Shown: positions 49,201 through 63,299 of the stretch, in pieces
Layout: each line of letters starts with the position of its first letter
Numbering within the stretch: the stretch's first letter is position 1
NCBI GenBank assembly: GCA_965649765.1
Contig: OZ287756.1
Coordinates: 16,864,001 to 16,928,000 of the forward strand
Length of the DNA stretch: 64,000 nucleotides
Reading direction: 5' to 3'
Source of the DNA: Bispira polyomma
Lineage: Eukaryota
Made by a program: the position numbers and the translations under genes
The notes under the pieces: generated by a model
Seen by the model: the letters and a program-made list of their open reading frames with translations, nothing else
The model's database searches: none
What the model was told of the DNA's origin: nothing

Positions 49201-49249
49201 TCCTTACAATGAACTAATGGCTAATGGCATACATAGGTGAACATGTAAT

Positions 49250-49355
49250 TTTAAGTCTATTAACCTTTACATTTTAAGTCGTGTTAAGTTAACAAATAAC
49301 ATTTTAAGTTTTGTTGAGTTAAAAAATTTACATTTTAAGTTGTGTGGAGTTTAAA
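49250..49355. repeat. ~30-bp AT-rich tandem repeat (ACATTTTAAGT core) x3-4
   Basis: Directly visible. Confidence 0.6.
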
Positions 49356-51314
49356 AAAAAACATTACCATTTGTTTCAATAAATTCCAGTTAATTTTGAA
49401 TTCAGTGACATTTCCAGCTTAAATCCCTGATTTCCCCGATACTGAATGAGACATCATACAGTATATGAGCTGAGTGACGTTATTTACATCTGTACCCAGG
49501 ACTATCCACAATGTAGCCAGTTTGCCCTCTGCTGTCAATGCGCAGCTGGTTACAGTAATTGAATCATTCCCCAAAAAAACTCGCTGTGGCAGAAATCACA
49601 CCAGTGGAAGGTCTGCACTGGACTCCTGGCACTAAAACACTGCCACACCAGCCAAATCGATTTTGACATTCTTGTGGAGAAAAATACTTTAGTAAACAAT
49701 CAACTAGCTCTCATAGAGTTCCCAATGGCTACCACCCTCTGAACTTAAGAGAATAACATTTACTTACACATTTATTGACAACAGAAATCAAAGAACCATT
49801 TTCTATCTCTATAAAAGTGTACAATAAAATTTGAAAAGGCTGTTCATCTTCTATAAAATTCTCGTTAAGTTTAGACTTAAATTAAGAATGTATATCTATT
49901 TACTTAACTTTAAATTAAAGCCTTACTTAATGCAAGGTGGCCTTATGTCCTTTGTATTGCATATCTTAACTATATATAGATTTATTGAAAATACTTTATC
50001 CGCAAACTCTTGATACTGTCTTCACAACTTTAACTTTTAAATTCACTTAAACTGTTTGGGTGATACCTATGTTAAAATCAGGTGTTTCTTTTTAAAGAAT
50101 GTACTGTCTGCTTTCTCAAGCAGCCCCCCCCCCCCACAATAATTAAGACATTTTGTTAAAAGCCTTCTACAAAGCATAGTCTATTAGTGGTGTATTTATA
50201 AACTGCAGCATGCCAACAGTTTAATGAGGGACATCCTTCATCAAGATAGAATGGGCCCATGTCATGGATTAGTAATTATCTACAATTAGTGTCCATTATG
50301 AGATTTATTTGTGCATTAACCCACATTGGTTGATGCTACAGTAATAGTTGTGATGCACATGAAGTGGACTCTTACCTCAGAAATAATTAAGGACTATTAA
50401 CTACAGTTTGCCCGAGTTGAAGTCAGATAAGGTGAAAGTGGAATATGGCAAGCAGATGAGTAGAATAAGAACACAGAACAAAACACGTGTTTAAAAAACT
50501 CGTTTGGGTTGTTTATTTATAATACCGACCATATTTAAACACATTTATGAGTACATTGCCTTAACCTTAGTCTAAGGTGACCCTAATGTGTATTGAATGT
50601 GTGTCTCTGCACTGTGAGAGCACCTGTTTCTGTGACATGTTTTCCATTTATAAGGATAACTTAATTAATTGATACTTTCTGTGCAAGTAACCCTAATTTA
50701 TTCAAGGCTTATGTTTGTAAAATGTCACTATGAATATATGTAAATTTTGTAGTGCATATGATAAAAATGCCAGGACCACGGGTGCATTGGCAGCCCTGAT
50801 CAGCAAACGTGTGTTAGGACCCAACATCTACGGCACCGATTCGCCTAGCAGTAGGGGGCTTATGCCTCCCAGCGCCCCACCTTTGCAGCCCGCACACAAG
50901 GAGGCGAATAGGAGACAAGGACTATTACCTAAATGAGACCAACAAATAGTGGTAGACTTATATATTTAGCCATTCATTTGGTGATGTATCACTTGATTGA
51001 GGTCCAATAGTAGGCTAAATTCACTGGACAGGGTGTGGCGGCCATATTAAAAGAAGATCTTGCTACTATTACAAGCAACAGGGTTGATAGCATCGTCCTT
51101 ATACGGTTTAGCATTATATGTATTCATCTGTCAAATCCAACATGGCCGCGCCCTGGAATTCTAGAACTTGTTACAGACTTGTGTAACAGTCTTAAGGTGT
51201 TTTCATTGAGTAGTATATAGTCACATGGCCTGTAACAAAACTGAATGTTAATACGAATATTTACTTTGTGCATAATATCGCTCAAAATAAAATATAGGCT
51301 TTACACAAGTGAAA

Positions 51315-52320
51315 CTATATAATATGATAGATTTTTATGCGTCTAATTGATGCCAGGCATCTTCTAAAGTGTGACATCATTGACATAGTTGTTTCCAAAG
51401 CAAATTCGTGATTGGGTTGAGGTTGAAGAGAAAGGTTACTTCTAAAGCCAGAGAGGGTTTCTTGGGATCGTATATTGTTGGTAAATTATTCCATGGGGTA
51501 GGTACTGTAACAAAGAAGGCATAGGATCCAATTTGTTTACTAGTCCTGGTATCAGAGACTGAAATTCTGTTTCCCCTGGTAAGTCTGCTGAAAGACAACA
51601 ATGAGGCAAGATATGGGGGCTGACATAGTTTTACAGCGTTGTATGTAGTAACATTGGTCTTGGAAATGATACGGTACTTGACGGGTAGTTAATGTGGCCT
51701 TTTGAGAAAAGGAGTCGTACTGACGTGTGATCCCACATGGCACACATCTCTGCAGAGGGGCTTCTGAATTGATTGTAGTCTTTGCAGCTGGTACTTCTTT
51801 AATTCAAGAAGCAGATAATTGCAGTAGTCCAATAGGCTGCTTACGAGTGCAACTATTGCGGTTTGATGGTATAGGAGTTTTCTAATACTCTTGAAGTCAC
51901 AAATTTAGAGGTAACAAGATCAACGTATATTAAAGATGTGATCATTAAAAGAAAAGAGGGAGTCAAAAGTGACAACTAAATTATTTATTTTATCCGCTGG
52001 AAGTACGTCATTGCCAAGTAGATTAATAGGAAACAGTGATTTAAGTTTATTCCTGTCTGTTTTTAGTGCCGATTAGTATAAATTTTGTTTTGTCAGGATT
52101 GAGTGTTAGTTTCTTGACTCCATCCGGCAAGGATGCTGAGCTGATCTTGTGCATTGTTTGCTGTTAATGATAGGTACATTTGGGTGTCATCGGCATACAA
52201 GTGATGTTTGATATTGAGTTTATTTATAACAAAACACAGAGGAAAGGTGTAAATAATAAATAAAGGGGGCCCCAAGACGGATCACTGGGGGACTCTAAAA
52301 GGTAAGTTAAAAGGAATAGA
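51315..52320 (-). mobile_element. L2 LINE 3' fragment
   Basis: [42 protein letters not shown]. Tail related to ~9640. Confidence 0.85.
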
Positions 52321-52983
52321 CTATCTGTATAAATTGGACCAATTTTGTTCTGCAATAATTTAACTCTTTAACTTCAATTTGCAAAACTCTTGAAAAGCTA
52401 TATCCATAGATTTAATTTGGGCAGTATATTAATCAAAATAGAATATAGGATTTAAAACAAGTGGAACTATCAATATGTAAGTATGCCTAAATGGCACCAA
52501 TTGTTTGTCCAAAACAAAACTTGTATTTTAAAAGCTGTATTCTTCTGACTATCACTTTGTCCCGATTCCTTCAGTAGTCTAGTTCTAAATGGTGAATAAA
52601 TAAATTCATATTGTAATAAAACCTAAGAATAATAAAACACGATTTTTATGATCTATATCTATTTTATTCAAAAATTGATCCCTTGGTATGTTAGTTATTG
52701 TTTTTACTTCTATAGCGCCACAATCAATGACCTGACTCTGCTGTGGTGCACATCCCGATCAGTATGTAAAAGAATAATCCATATTAGAAAGGGTTTGTGA
52801 TCAGAGTTGACACACTTTATGTTATGTAAAAAATGTCTTCTATTTTACCAATTTATTCGCCTGAGCCTCCCGAGTATCCGAATCTCCCGTTTATTCGACT
52901 AAAGGTCATGTCTGCGGCAGCATTCAGATAAATGGATTTCTTCTCTAGTAGTTTTTGCAGAAGTATAAACTATAAACTTCTCT

Positions 52984-52985
<2 letters not shown>

Positions 52986-53035
<50 letters not shown>

Positions 53036-53045
53036 GTGTATATAT
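52986..53045. repeat. (TA)n microsatellite
   Basis: About 23 uninterrupted AT units plus a short continuation. Confidence 0.95.
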
Positions 53046-53473
53046 CTAGGTTATCAATTTTGTGCTAAGATGTAAATTTCCGTTAGTATGTGTTTTTGAG
53101 CACCAATTCCATCTAACGATGGATTGTCCTATTGATAGCCCTGTCATTTCCTTAGTAAACACTATCATGAAAAAAGGCTACTCATATACCAAGTAATTAA
53201 TACCCCTCTAGTAAAACACAAGAGTGTTTTGTTTTAATATGTAATGTATACATGTATATACAGTCCAGAGGGAGAGGAATTTTCAGGTGCATCTATGTTT
53301 GTAATAGATAAATCATTGCTGACTTCAGCTAATAATGGGCTTGATATGTGGCTTGAATAAATTACTTACTACAGATCAAATGAGAAGTGATAACAGTTCA
53401 TATTGTTCACATTTATGTAATGTGATGTGAGAAACAATACATACGGTTGATCTTGTTTACAACAGAGCTTGTA

Positions 53474-53758
53474 AATAGAAGGTCACTCAGTAGACTGCAT
53501 ACCTCCACGAAAGTGTCGCAGTACAAACAAAGTGAAAATAATTCCTTGATCTAGATATTCTCTACAATTTACTTGATTTTCCCCATGTCCCGTCACTAAA
53601 TTTCATGTAAATCGGTTCAGTGGTGTTTGTGTATTCCTAGTGACAAACAAACAGATGAACCAACAGATATAAATGAAAATATTTTAAAAACACCTGTGTC
53701 AATGCGAGTAAACCAACTAACAAACATAATGAAAACATAACCTCCGTGGCACTTGTAA
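53474..53758 (+). mobile_element. Non-autonomous Helentron-type element (HINE / pearl / DINE-1-like)
   Basis: AAATTTCATGTAAATCGGTTCAG core, ACAA/ACAG microsatellite-like tract, and 3' AAAACATAACCTCC... followed by an A run. 5' ATACCTCC echoes the 3' motif. Confidence 0.6.
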
Positions 53759-53949
53759 AAAAAAATCGTAATGCTAGTACTATATTTACGATCTAGTTTA
53801 AAAACTGACGTAAAGTTAACAATACATTACGATATGGCTACATCCTCATGTCATGCTGGCAAAATGAACACCTCACAGATAATGCTTGAAATTCTGGTAA
53901 TAAGTAAAATAGTTCCCATGTATAGTTTTTGAGTAACTTTGCTGCAATG

Positions 53950-54620
53950 AGATGGATTAAAATGGGACTTTACTATTGTGAAAGCAAAAGAATCAGAAAT
54001 CACTTGTCATTGAATACTGCTATGATTGTTGCTCATACTCTTGTAAGTAGCCACCTCGATTACTGCAATTCTCTTTTGTTTAGGGTAAATAAGTCTCGCA
54101 TTAAAAAGTTACAGACCATTCAAAACTATATATGTGGAGTAATATTTTACATGGGCATTCGAACCAATGTCATTCCCTACCTCAAACAATTGCATTAGCT
54201 TTCCATTTATTATAGGATTTTGTTTTAAATTCATGGCACAACTTTCAAATCTGTTGTCTCTGAACAATTTTCCTACATTGCTACTCATCATTCTTGCAGG
54301 AACCTTAAAAGAGGAAATATACTCTGTTTCTTCTGTAAAAACCAAAGAGGACTGAATATAGATCTTTCTCAATAGCTGTTATGGATTGGTTTACCAGTTG
54401 AGCTTAGATTACTGGAAACACTGTCTGGGTTTATGACAAATCTATTTTTTCAAACTCATTTAACCTCGTTAATTCCCTCTATGTACAGCCCCACATCCTT
54501 CCATGAGACAGATGTCTTAGGACTTCACGATTGTTTTATTGATTTGGTTGTTGCACTTTAGATGATGCCTTGCATCTATAAAGTGCAATAAAATGCGTAA
54601 TATATTACAATACAATATAG
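53950..54620 (+). mobile_element. L2 LINE 3' fragment
   Basis: RIRNHLSLNTAMIVAHTLVSSHLDYCNSLL...LQTIQN, with an (ACAAT)n tail near 54605. Confidence 0.8.
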
Positions 54621-57600
54621 AAACAAGTTTAGAATTTTATACCAATGACTTATCAATCGGGCATAATCTGATTACTTTTTTAAATTTATTTGAATGGTTT
54701 GTACTATAATTATAATGGCACAGTTAGAATTAAATGAGAGACAGTGTGAGTAAGCAATATCAGTGTAAAAGCACACTAAAAATACAACACAGCAAATATC
54801 AGGACAAACACAAAGATGCACACAATGCACTTTTGATAGGCAAATACTACAGGTCTTGATCGTGCAGTTCTCAGACTAGGGGGATTTATTCAGCTTGAGA
54901 GACAATGACCTTTAAAAATAAAACTATGTGGTTTAAAGGTCTATTGTCTCTGTACAGCAATACAGCTTTATATAAACTCTTTTTTCAATTTTAAGAATAA
55001 ACTTGTAAAATATATCCACAAAAAAAATTGCGGCCAAAGTGAGTGCCACTAGCCAAAAAAAAAAACAAAACTCTTCATATCAAATACTTACTAATAAGTG
55101 CCCATGCCCAAATGTTAACTTAAAATGTTCTTTATTTTTAATAAAAAAAAATGTGAAGATGTTTTTGTTAGAAATGCGGTTCTCACTTATATTTCAATGA
55201 TTTCTAATGACAATTTAAGTTATATTACTCATTATTTTCACTATAACAATGACTTTATATTTCAGTTTATGTTTATTATATTAGGAAAAGCGCCAAACTG
55301 ATAACTATTTTTGCATTTGCATACATATGAACCCCATTGACATTGCCTGTCACTGATTGATAGATGGCTAAGTGGGAATTTCAAGATTACTCTGGATCAA
55401 CAGGGTTTGTAGTTAGAGGTTGGAGGCAAGGGAAAAAAATCAAAGTGTGAGGGGAAGCAGGAAACAAAGGTAATTCTTCTCAGGGGAAATTAACCATTGC
55501 CCTTCTGTGACTTTGGGCTATAAATAATGCCAGGTTGTTTTGGAACTCATGCCTCTTTTGTTCATTCTGATTAAAGTCCTGTTTTATGAGTGTGCGCGTG
55601 TGCTACTAACTTACAAAACTATGCAATACTAAAACAGGGTCAATATATAAAATATAAAATTGACTAAGTCAGTTGTAATGTTTGTTGGTAAGACATATAC
55701 GTTTATGGTAGTTCGGGTATTTCTTAAAAGTGGTAATATGTTTATATGGTTTATCAGAAGATTTTTGCAAAAAATATGTTTTTTTTTAATTACTTGTTTG
55801 TGTGATACATATTGTTTTCAACTCATGCCTCTTTCTATAGAATGTACTGTTTGTCAACCATTGTATGAAAGCTTAATTCATACACTATTACACTAAATGC
55901 AACAAAGTGATATCCAAAAGTTTTTATTGTTTAATAAATTATTGTGGTTCGATTGCTGCACACCTGTCAACTAATTAATAATCTTATATTATCGCAAAAA
56001 ATTGGGATTTTTTGATAAATTACTGTGCTTCAATTGTTTCACAGCTATGAACTAATTCATGATCTCTTATAGATCCAAATACTGTGGCCTCCAGGGTGAT
56101 GGCCAACTTCATTACCAAAGCAACCAGATCAATATTTCATAACCAATATTAAGTAAAAAATATATGCTACTCCTTTAGTCCCTTTCACTGTCAAGCTCTT
56201 CTTATATACATCTTCGCTTAAAAAAGTTTTAATTAACAAGGACTTTGCCCTGACATGTTTCTAAAATTGTATAACTTAACTTAAGCAGTTTTATAGAGGG
56301 GTCCACTAAGACCACTTCTCTGTTGTTTAAAATGACTGTCATATCCCATTTCCGTGCTGTCAAATCAGTGCATTTCTATAAACATAGGCAGTTAAGTTTA
56401 CATTGATACATCATAAATTTATGTTGGCTTTATTCATGAAAATCGTTAAATAAAATTATATTAACATATAATTTTATCACCATACCTTTATTCGTTACTG
56501 TCACCTTAGGTTTAAGCAGTTTAAGCCTTTGGCTTGGACAATTAATTTTAGAGAAACTCCTGATTCACGACAATTCTCCTACACATAGAATTCAAATCAT
56601 TGAAAAGAATCTCTTCTGTAGTTGATACTATTTACATGAGTTGTAGTCGCCTTTGTAATTTTGCAATTAAGCACTATTACTAAGTGGCATTGAGGCAATT
56701 ATGGTGCTTTGTTATTGCTGAGTTTCATGACAGATAGCAACCTACTTTATATGGTCTATTCTTGATACAGTGAGCTCTGTTATTAGAATTGTATTCTAAA
56801 CAAGAGTTTGTGAAGACAATTGTGTGTTCATTAATGAAGAAGGTGTAATTTGTCACATGGCAAGTATCATCAATGTTGACACTTTTTAGGGTATATATTG
56901 TTGACTCATCGCCAAAGCAAACTCGACCACAGTCTGGCCAACTTGGCACCAATTCTAGTTGGCACACTGGTCACCACTGATTTATAAATTAACTTACATA
57001 AAATTTTATGTCAGTCAGAAACATCAGTAACTTTACATGAATCGACTTTCACAACATTCGGCTCGGACCATTAATTTTAAAGAAACACCTGATTCTTGGC
57101 TATTCTCCTACACGTAATTTTTAATTGCACAAGATGGCAGTCCATGTAATGTTAATGTTATAAACTTCTATAGCACCACAACTCAGGCATTCATTCTCTG
57201 GAGGTGAATATCCCCAATCATGTTCCAATAAAGAGTAGTCTGGTGGAATAAAAGGTTTCTCATCGATTGGTTCAGTCACAATCACAGATATATTATAGAA
57301 AAAACAAAAATGGAGAAAGGGGTTTTAAGAGGGATGTTTTAAAACAAAACCAGTAATCTTTGTTTCGGCTGTTTATTGGCAGTCTATTCAGAATGTGCTC
57401 AGACTCTAATGCCGTGGTCACACTGAGCTTACATTTAGCTTACGCACAAAAAATGCCGAACGTAAGGTAAAACGTAGTGAATGGAAGTAAAACATAGTAA
57501 ACATTTATGTTTATTGCCATTTGCTACAAAACTTTCAGGAAACGGGTGGTGTGTTCGCAGAAAAGTATCAAAACTTATATAATGCGTATTTGACATGAAA

Positions 57601-58842
57601 AACAGGAGTAAAACCAACTATACCTACACATAATATTAGGGACGAGGAGAACGAGAACGAAACAGGTTTACAAACATTTAAAACTAGACTGAAAAGGGGT
57701 TTAGAAGCGTGATAACGAGGAGTAATGATTGCCTCTCGTGAGAATGCTAAAATATATCACTGAGGAAATTGAAAACATTTAATTAAAATTTTACACAGAA
57801 CTCGATTGGCAGTGAGCCAGTGGAGCTTTTACAAATGTGAGCCAAGACCGACTTGAAGTTCAATTCCTCAGAGATTGATGTAGATTTTTGCAGCTTTTGA
57901 TAAAGACCCTGTCTGATACCATGCAATATAGAATTGTAATAGTCAAGTGTTCATGCGAGGCATTCAAAACTGCAATTGTATTTTTACATGGTCACATACT
58001 TATCAGAGCATACAAGTACTCTGTTATTGAGTCTTATGCCCAGTGTTGATAACTGGTTTCCTCATATATTTGTGCCGGCTGTAAGCTTCAGTAAATTGAC
58101 ACAGAATATATAACCAGGTGTTAAGGGTAACACTCCAGAGCAACAAGTGAGTCTGTCATCAATAACCTCATCTAAATTAAGGTTTTGTAATCAGAAGTGC
58201 TGCCATGTTGGCACAGGTGGTAACCTAGCCAATTGTGTCATTGTGACAGTGGCATCCTAGATATAGCAGATACATAGTGACTATGACTTGTAAGAACCAT
58301 ATTTTGGTCTCGGTCTAAGAACCATTCCAACTGGCAGGTCGAACAATACTGGGTTCATTGATAAATGATGCCATTTTTCAGCCTCTGTCTTTAGTTTGAA
58401 GAGAGACAGTTACCGTTGCTGGTTGGTTGTACTTGTGCACATAAAAAGGGGTGGCACCTCAAGGATACCACAGCTACAATATACGTGGGGGTTTCCCTGC
58501 CAGATCTGTGATCATTTGCATGTATACCGCAGCAATGGTGTGTTAGGTATTTTTTCCAGCTAAAAGTTGTACTTATATACACCTTAGGAGATACTTTGTC
58601 ATAAATTTGGTCATATATAAGTTTTAATCAATAAGCCATTTATATTATTTTATATGATCAAAACCTGGTTGCTGTAAAAAAGAATGTACTCTTCCCATTT
58701 TCACAATATACCGGCATCTTAGATCTATGATTATAACACTTCTATAAATATAAGATTTCCAGAATATAATTTGAATAGTTGTCCCTTAGAATCTCCTAAG
58801 ACAGAGATTGAAACTCTACTCTGATTGTGTTTTATTACATTA

Positions 58843-60580
58843 AAGGGGCTGTCCCACCATGCCGATTATAGCTCCCGACCATCCTGATTATACAATCGGT
58901 ATATAATTGGGACAATCTTTGGGACAATGGGTGAGTTGTCCCAACTTATCGTCGTCACTCAGGACACTCTTGGTCACTCGTCCCAAGTAACTAAGATGTT
59001 TGAAAACCTCTGCGACTGGCTGACCTTCATCTGATAGATTAGGGTCAATCAAGGTCAATTGTCAGCTGCCAACAAGTTATCTTTACCTTAAAAAGACGTA
59101 TCTTTCAATAAGGATCTAAATTGGGAGTAAATTTAGCCATCATGATAAGGATTTATTGTCCCATCCATCCCGATGGGTCAGGGGCATTATGAGTCATTGT
59201 CCACTTCTCCCGAGTTATCCTGTCAAATGTGAACAATCGATTGTAAGAAATGGCCTGATTCTAAAGATAGCTCAGGAATGTCATAAGGATAGGTCTTTAC
59301 CAAGCTCCCAATTCTAAAGATAACTCGGGAGAAGTGGCCAATAGATCTTTAGGAAGAACCGAGTGTAAAGATAGCTCGGGAAGACCAACGATAGGTCAGG
59401 TGGAATAAAGAATAACTCAGGAGTGAAACCGATAACTCAGGCGCAAATATTTGATTAATCGAGGGCGGGAAGCGGATTGTAGAAAAGGTGGACGAGTCAC
59501 TCTTCTTATAACAGATTCATCCCAGCTTTCAGAGAGGACACATCAATTGGCAATATTTTAAGAAATATTATTATAGATGATTATAACAGGGGTAACAGAA
59601 ACTCAACAGTCCGCGATAGAGAGTGACACCCCAGAACTTTTTTCCCAGAGCCACGATACCCAGGATATTTGGGAAACACAGGATACACTGGACAGGGAGG
59701 TGGCGGCCGACCCCAGTCGCAAACACGAGAAGGGGAAAATAAGGACTGTGTTGTTAGCTGATAAGCAGGAGGAGGCTGTAGTGGACTTCCTGAAGAACTG
59801 TGAGTGGCTCTACAATAAGCACGATTCACAGTATAAAGACACTCAGAAGAAAAACATGCTGTGGAAGGAGTACTGCACGGCCACTGGATTAGATAAGACA
59901 GAAGTTATGAAGTGGTTCCATACCTAGAGGACTATCTTCAGCAAGCTGAGTATGGGCTAGTCTGGGTAAGCTCCCGTCAAGTTGACCGAGTGACAGCAGT
60001 GGGTGAAGACCAGCTTCGACGTCCTTAAGCCGCATATAAAGTGCCAGCTTAACAAGTCTGCCGGCTTCAAGCCTATCGCATCAGCTTCTCAGGGGGCTGC
60101 TCCTTGTAATTGTCCAACACCAGGGGTGTCTCACTCTGATACATATCAGGGTGAGATGCAGTCATCCCTCAATGTGGCCTCATCCAAAACTTCAACAGCC
60201 TTCGAATCCTCTACCCTATCCAGGAGTGACAGTTCAGCATTTAATTTTGCGATTGAGAGGATGGAGGAGACAATAACAGGAATCCTGAAGGAGGCCAAGA
60301 AACCCCAAGCTGAAGGACCACGAGGAGCTTTTTTGAACTGGTTAGCCATGGAGGCTGGGAAACTGCCAGAACATTCCTTCCTGAAGTTTAGGAGGGAGTC
60401 CTTCAACGTAATAACCACACTCCAGTTTATTGGTTTGCATTTTCCAACACATTCCCAGTACTTGCCTTTAATATTTGATGACATCCCTGTGGAAGCTCAG
60501 TTACATAAAATATTTTTCAAATTCATAAAGTGTCTCTTAGAGAGTGGAAACCATATTTTTGGTTATGTGAAAAACTGACT
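58843..60580 (+). mobile_element. Harbinger element end plus MADF/Myb-SANT accessory gene remnant (59577-~60420)
   Basis: TIR-like AGGGGCTGTCCCACCATGCCGA after TTA/TAA. Protein EAVVDFLKNCEWLYNKHDSQYKDTQKKNMLW...KWFHT*RTIFSKL...WVKTSFDVLKPHI is a MADF pattern read through several stops. Confidence 0.8.
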
Positions 60581-60760
60581 ATGACTGATAGTAAATCTGT
60601 AGTATCAAGATCTCTTTTATATCTGTTGTATCCTTATAAAATTCCCTTTGATCATGTGAATTTCTGTGATATTCTCAGAAAAGTTCCTACCGGCTGCAAA
60701 AGTTATGACATTGTTAACATTCAAAATATCCAGCTTCTGCTTATCATGAGAGATAATGTG

Positions 60761-60950
60761 CTAAATCTTAATGAATGCCAATCTAAACACTTGTACATTT
60801 ACAAAAGATGATTATCAATACGTTTCATACATTTTCTTCTTTGGGGTTGTTTGGGAGATAATTTGCTTAATCTTAATGAATGCCAATCTAAATACTTGTA
60901 CATTTACAAAAGATGATTATCGATACGTTGTTAACATTTTCTTCTTCGGG
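60761..60950. repeat. Tandem duplication of a ~85-bp block
   Basis: AATCTTAATGAATGCCAATCTAAA(C/T)ACTTGTACATTTACAAAAGATGATTATC occurs twice. Confidence 0.85.
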
Positions 60951-61007
60951 TTTGTTTCCTTTTCTTTTTGTTTTATTGTAAAATCTGAATCATGTATACG
61001 AGAAATA

Positions 61008-61082
61008 AATAAAAGGCAGAATCAAAATAAAAGGCAGAATCAAAATAAAAGGCAGAATCAAAATAAAAGGCAGAATAAAAAT
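61008..61082. repeat. 18-bp tandem repeat AATAAAAGGCAGAATCAA x4
   Basis: Directly visible. Confidence 0.9.
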
Positions 61083-63299
61083 AACTTGACACTAATTTGA
61101 ACATGGTTTCTCTTAATTTTGTTGTATTCGGAGTTGCCGAATTGAAGTAGCAAACCCATGTCAATCTTAGGGAAAGCTTTAGAAACATTAAATGAAATAC
61201 AAGTGGCCTAGCTAATTTAGTATTAATACAACTTTCAAAATGTTTATGAAACAGAAGGTCACCTCTTGGCCGACTTGCATGTACAACTACTTTAACTAGA
61301 CCACAGGGTGTTGTCTACTTGGGCTTGAAATATTGAACCACGTGGTGGCTGTCTGGTCAAGTAGCAAGAATAACAGAATATGCCACTGCCAGTCACATTA
61401 TGACAAAGGGCAGTGTCACTCTTGTTTCCCAGAAGGAAGGCAGACATGGTGACACTTCCTTCCTTTTGAACTTTAAGTTTTGAGTTTACATAAGTAAAAC
61501 CTATGTTTTGAGAAATTGGCATATTTAATTAGTCATATTTATATATGCCAAGAATATTTGATGAAGTTATGAAGTACAGTTTAGACTCTCCAAGTACATG
61601 TATCAAAATATACTGTTATGTAGATAAACACCAAGTGGCACTACATTGTGTAAACTGATTGGAGTATGAGCACCTTTCAATATGTTTTTAAAACAATTAC
61701 ACCTCCCTGCTACAGATCATTAGGGATTATTTTCTTTGTTTAATGATAAATTCCTATTACAATGTTGATGCATATTTAAAGTTTCACGTCTGGGATCGTA
61801 CAAGTATTTTATTGAGTTGTTTCCCTTTAAAACGATTTATCATCAGGGGGTTCTTAATAAATGTTTTATGCAATTTGTAACAAAAATGGGAGATCCTTTT
61901 ATCAGAAGAATCATTTATCAAGATGATATATGGTAATGAATCACGTGCGTTGACACTTGCTAGGTGTGTTTTTTGTGATGCTACTACATAGAAAGGTGTC
62001 ACAATGAAATCATTTGATGTTCAGTTATCATTACATATCAGTAGTATTTTTACAACTGAAAGTCAGCCAAGGTAACTACAACCTCCTATCACACAAATAT
62101 GAATATTTATGGCGAGCTGCAGTGCCTTCATTAGCCCCATCTACAGGTTATAATGTATCAGTAGCTCTAAACTAAAACAATGCTCCATTTCCTTGGGGGA
62201 AACCATTGTTAAATGCTCTAGGAAATTGAATAATTATTTACTGCGTCCATGTCTGCAAGTGAAACCATTCCTTTTATTCTGTTTCATATGATGATATCAT
62301 TCTAATGAGAAATTGTAATATTTTTTTCTATTTTAATTCAGTTACTATTTTTTCTTATTTCACTGGTCTAGTTTCCAAAAGGTAAATATTAGAAAATCAG
62401 CAAACAAACAGTTTCTTTGTTTACATTTTAATTTTTGTAACAAAGATATGAAGTCTTATTTTAAACAAGAAATCAATGTGGTGACATAACAGAGTCCTAC
62501 CTACCTACCTGGCTGCTAGTACATAAAGTTACCCAAAACACACATAACTCTATTGATTATACTGCAATGATCAAGAGGGTTGCTTTTACACAATTACTGT
62601 GATAATTCTCAGTTGCCACCTTTGGTTTAAAGGAGATACCCAATCTACAGAATTCTTATTACCAGATCTCGCTGCCGTCTAATACACAGCTCTATTGGCT
62701 TTATTAGGTACTGCTTATTTACAAAAACATGCTTCTTTCCTAACAAATCTCTCTCTATACGTGGAGTTTTCTGATACTAATAGCATATATGGATATTAAC
62801 TGCATAAATAAATGACATTATGTGATTGTTGGTTTTTGGAGTCATTCGGTTGAATACTACTTGCAATTGATGAAATATTTACTATATTTTAAGAATACAC
62901 ACAAATCTACTCTGCCATCCTATTACGCCCACAAAGGAGGTTAATCGTCCACTGCTTTGTTGGTAAGCATTATTACACAAAACTAATGAACCAATTTGTA
63001 TATGAAATTTGGTAGAGAGGATGGGGCGTGAACTATGAAAGATTCAGGTAGAAAGTTAGATTTGCTTTCACGTTTCTAGACTGTGGGGCCTCATCAGATA
63101 TATGTGCTCTAGATTGTCTGTTAGATTACTTAGGGTTTCGAAGGAATTCAAGGCACTAATTACCATTAAGTGCAGTCTAATCTGCTTCAGTAGGTAGCTT
63201 CAATTCTGTTTAAAGTCCATGTTTAAAGTCAAAGCTGTTGTCTCTCAACAGCTCTCCTACCTTGCTACTTGTCTTTCCTTCAGTAAACCTCAAGAGAGG

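Noticed and set aside
58414-58560. Minus-strand AG...GT-bounded segment with one open frame
   Set aside because: No recognisable protein and no compatible neighbouring exons; likely chance or a TE relic.
60771-61188. ORFs with repeated peptides (NKRQNQ, SAFYFD)
   Set aside because: Translation of an 18-bp tandem repeat and an 85-bp duplication.
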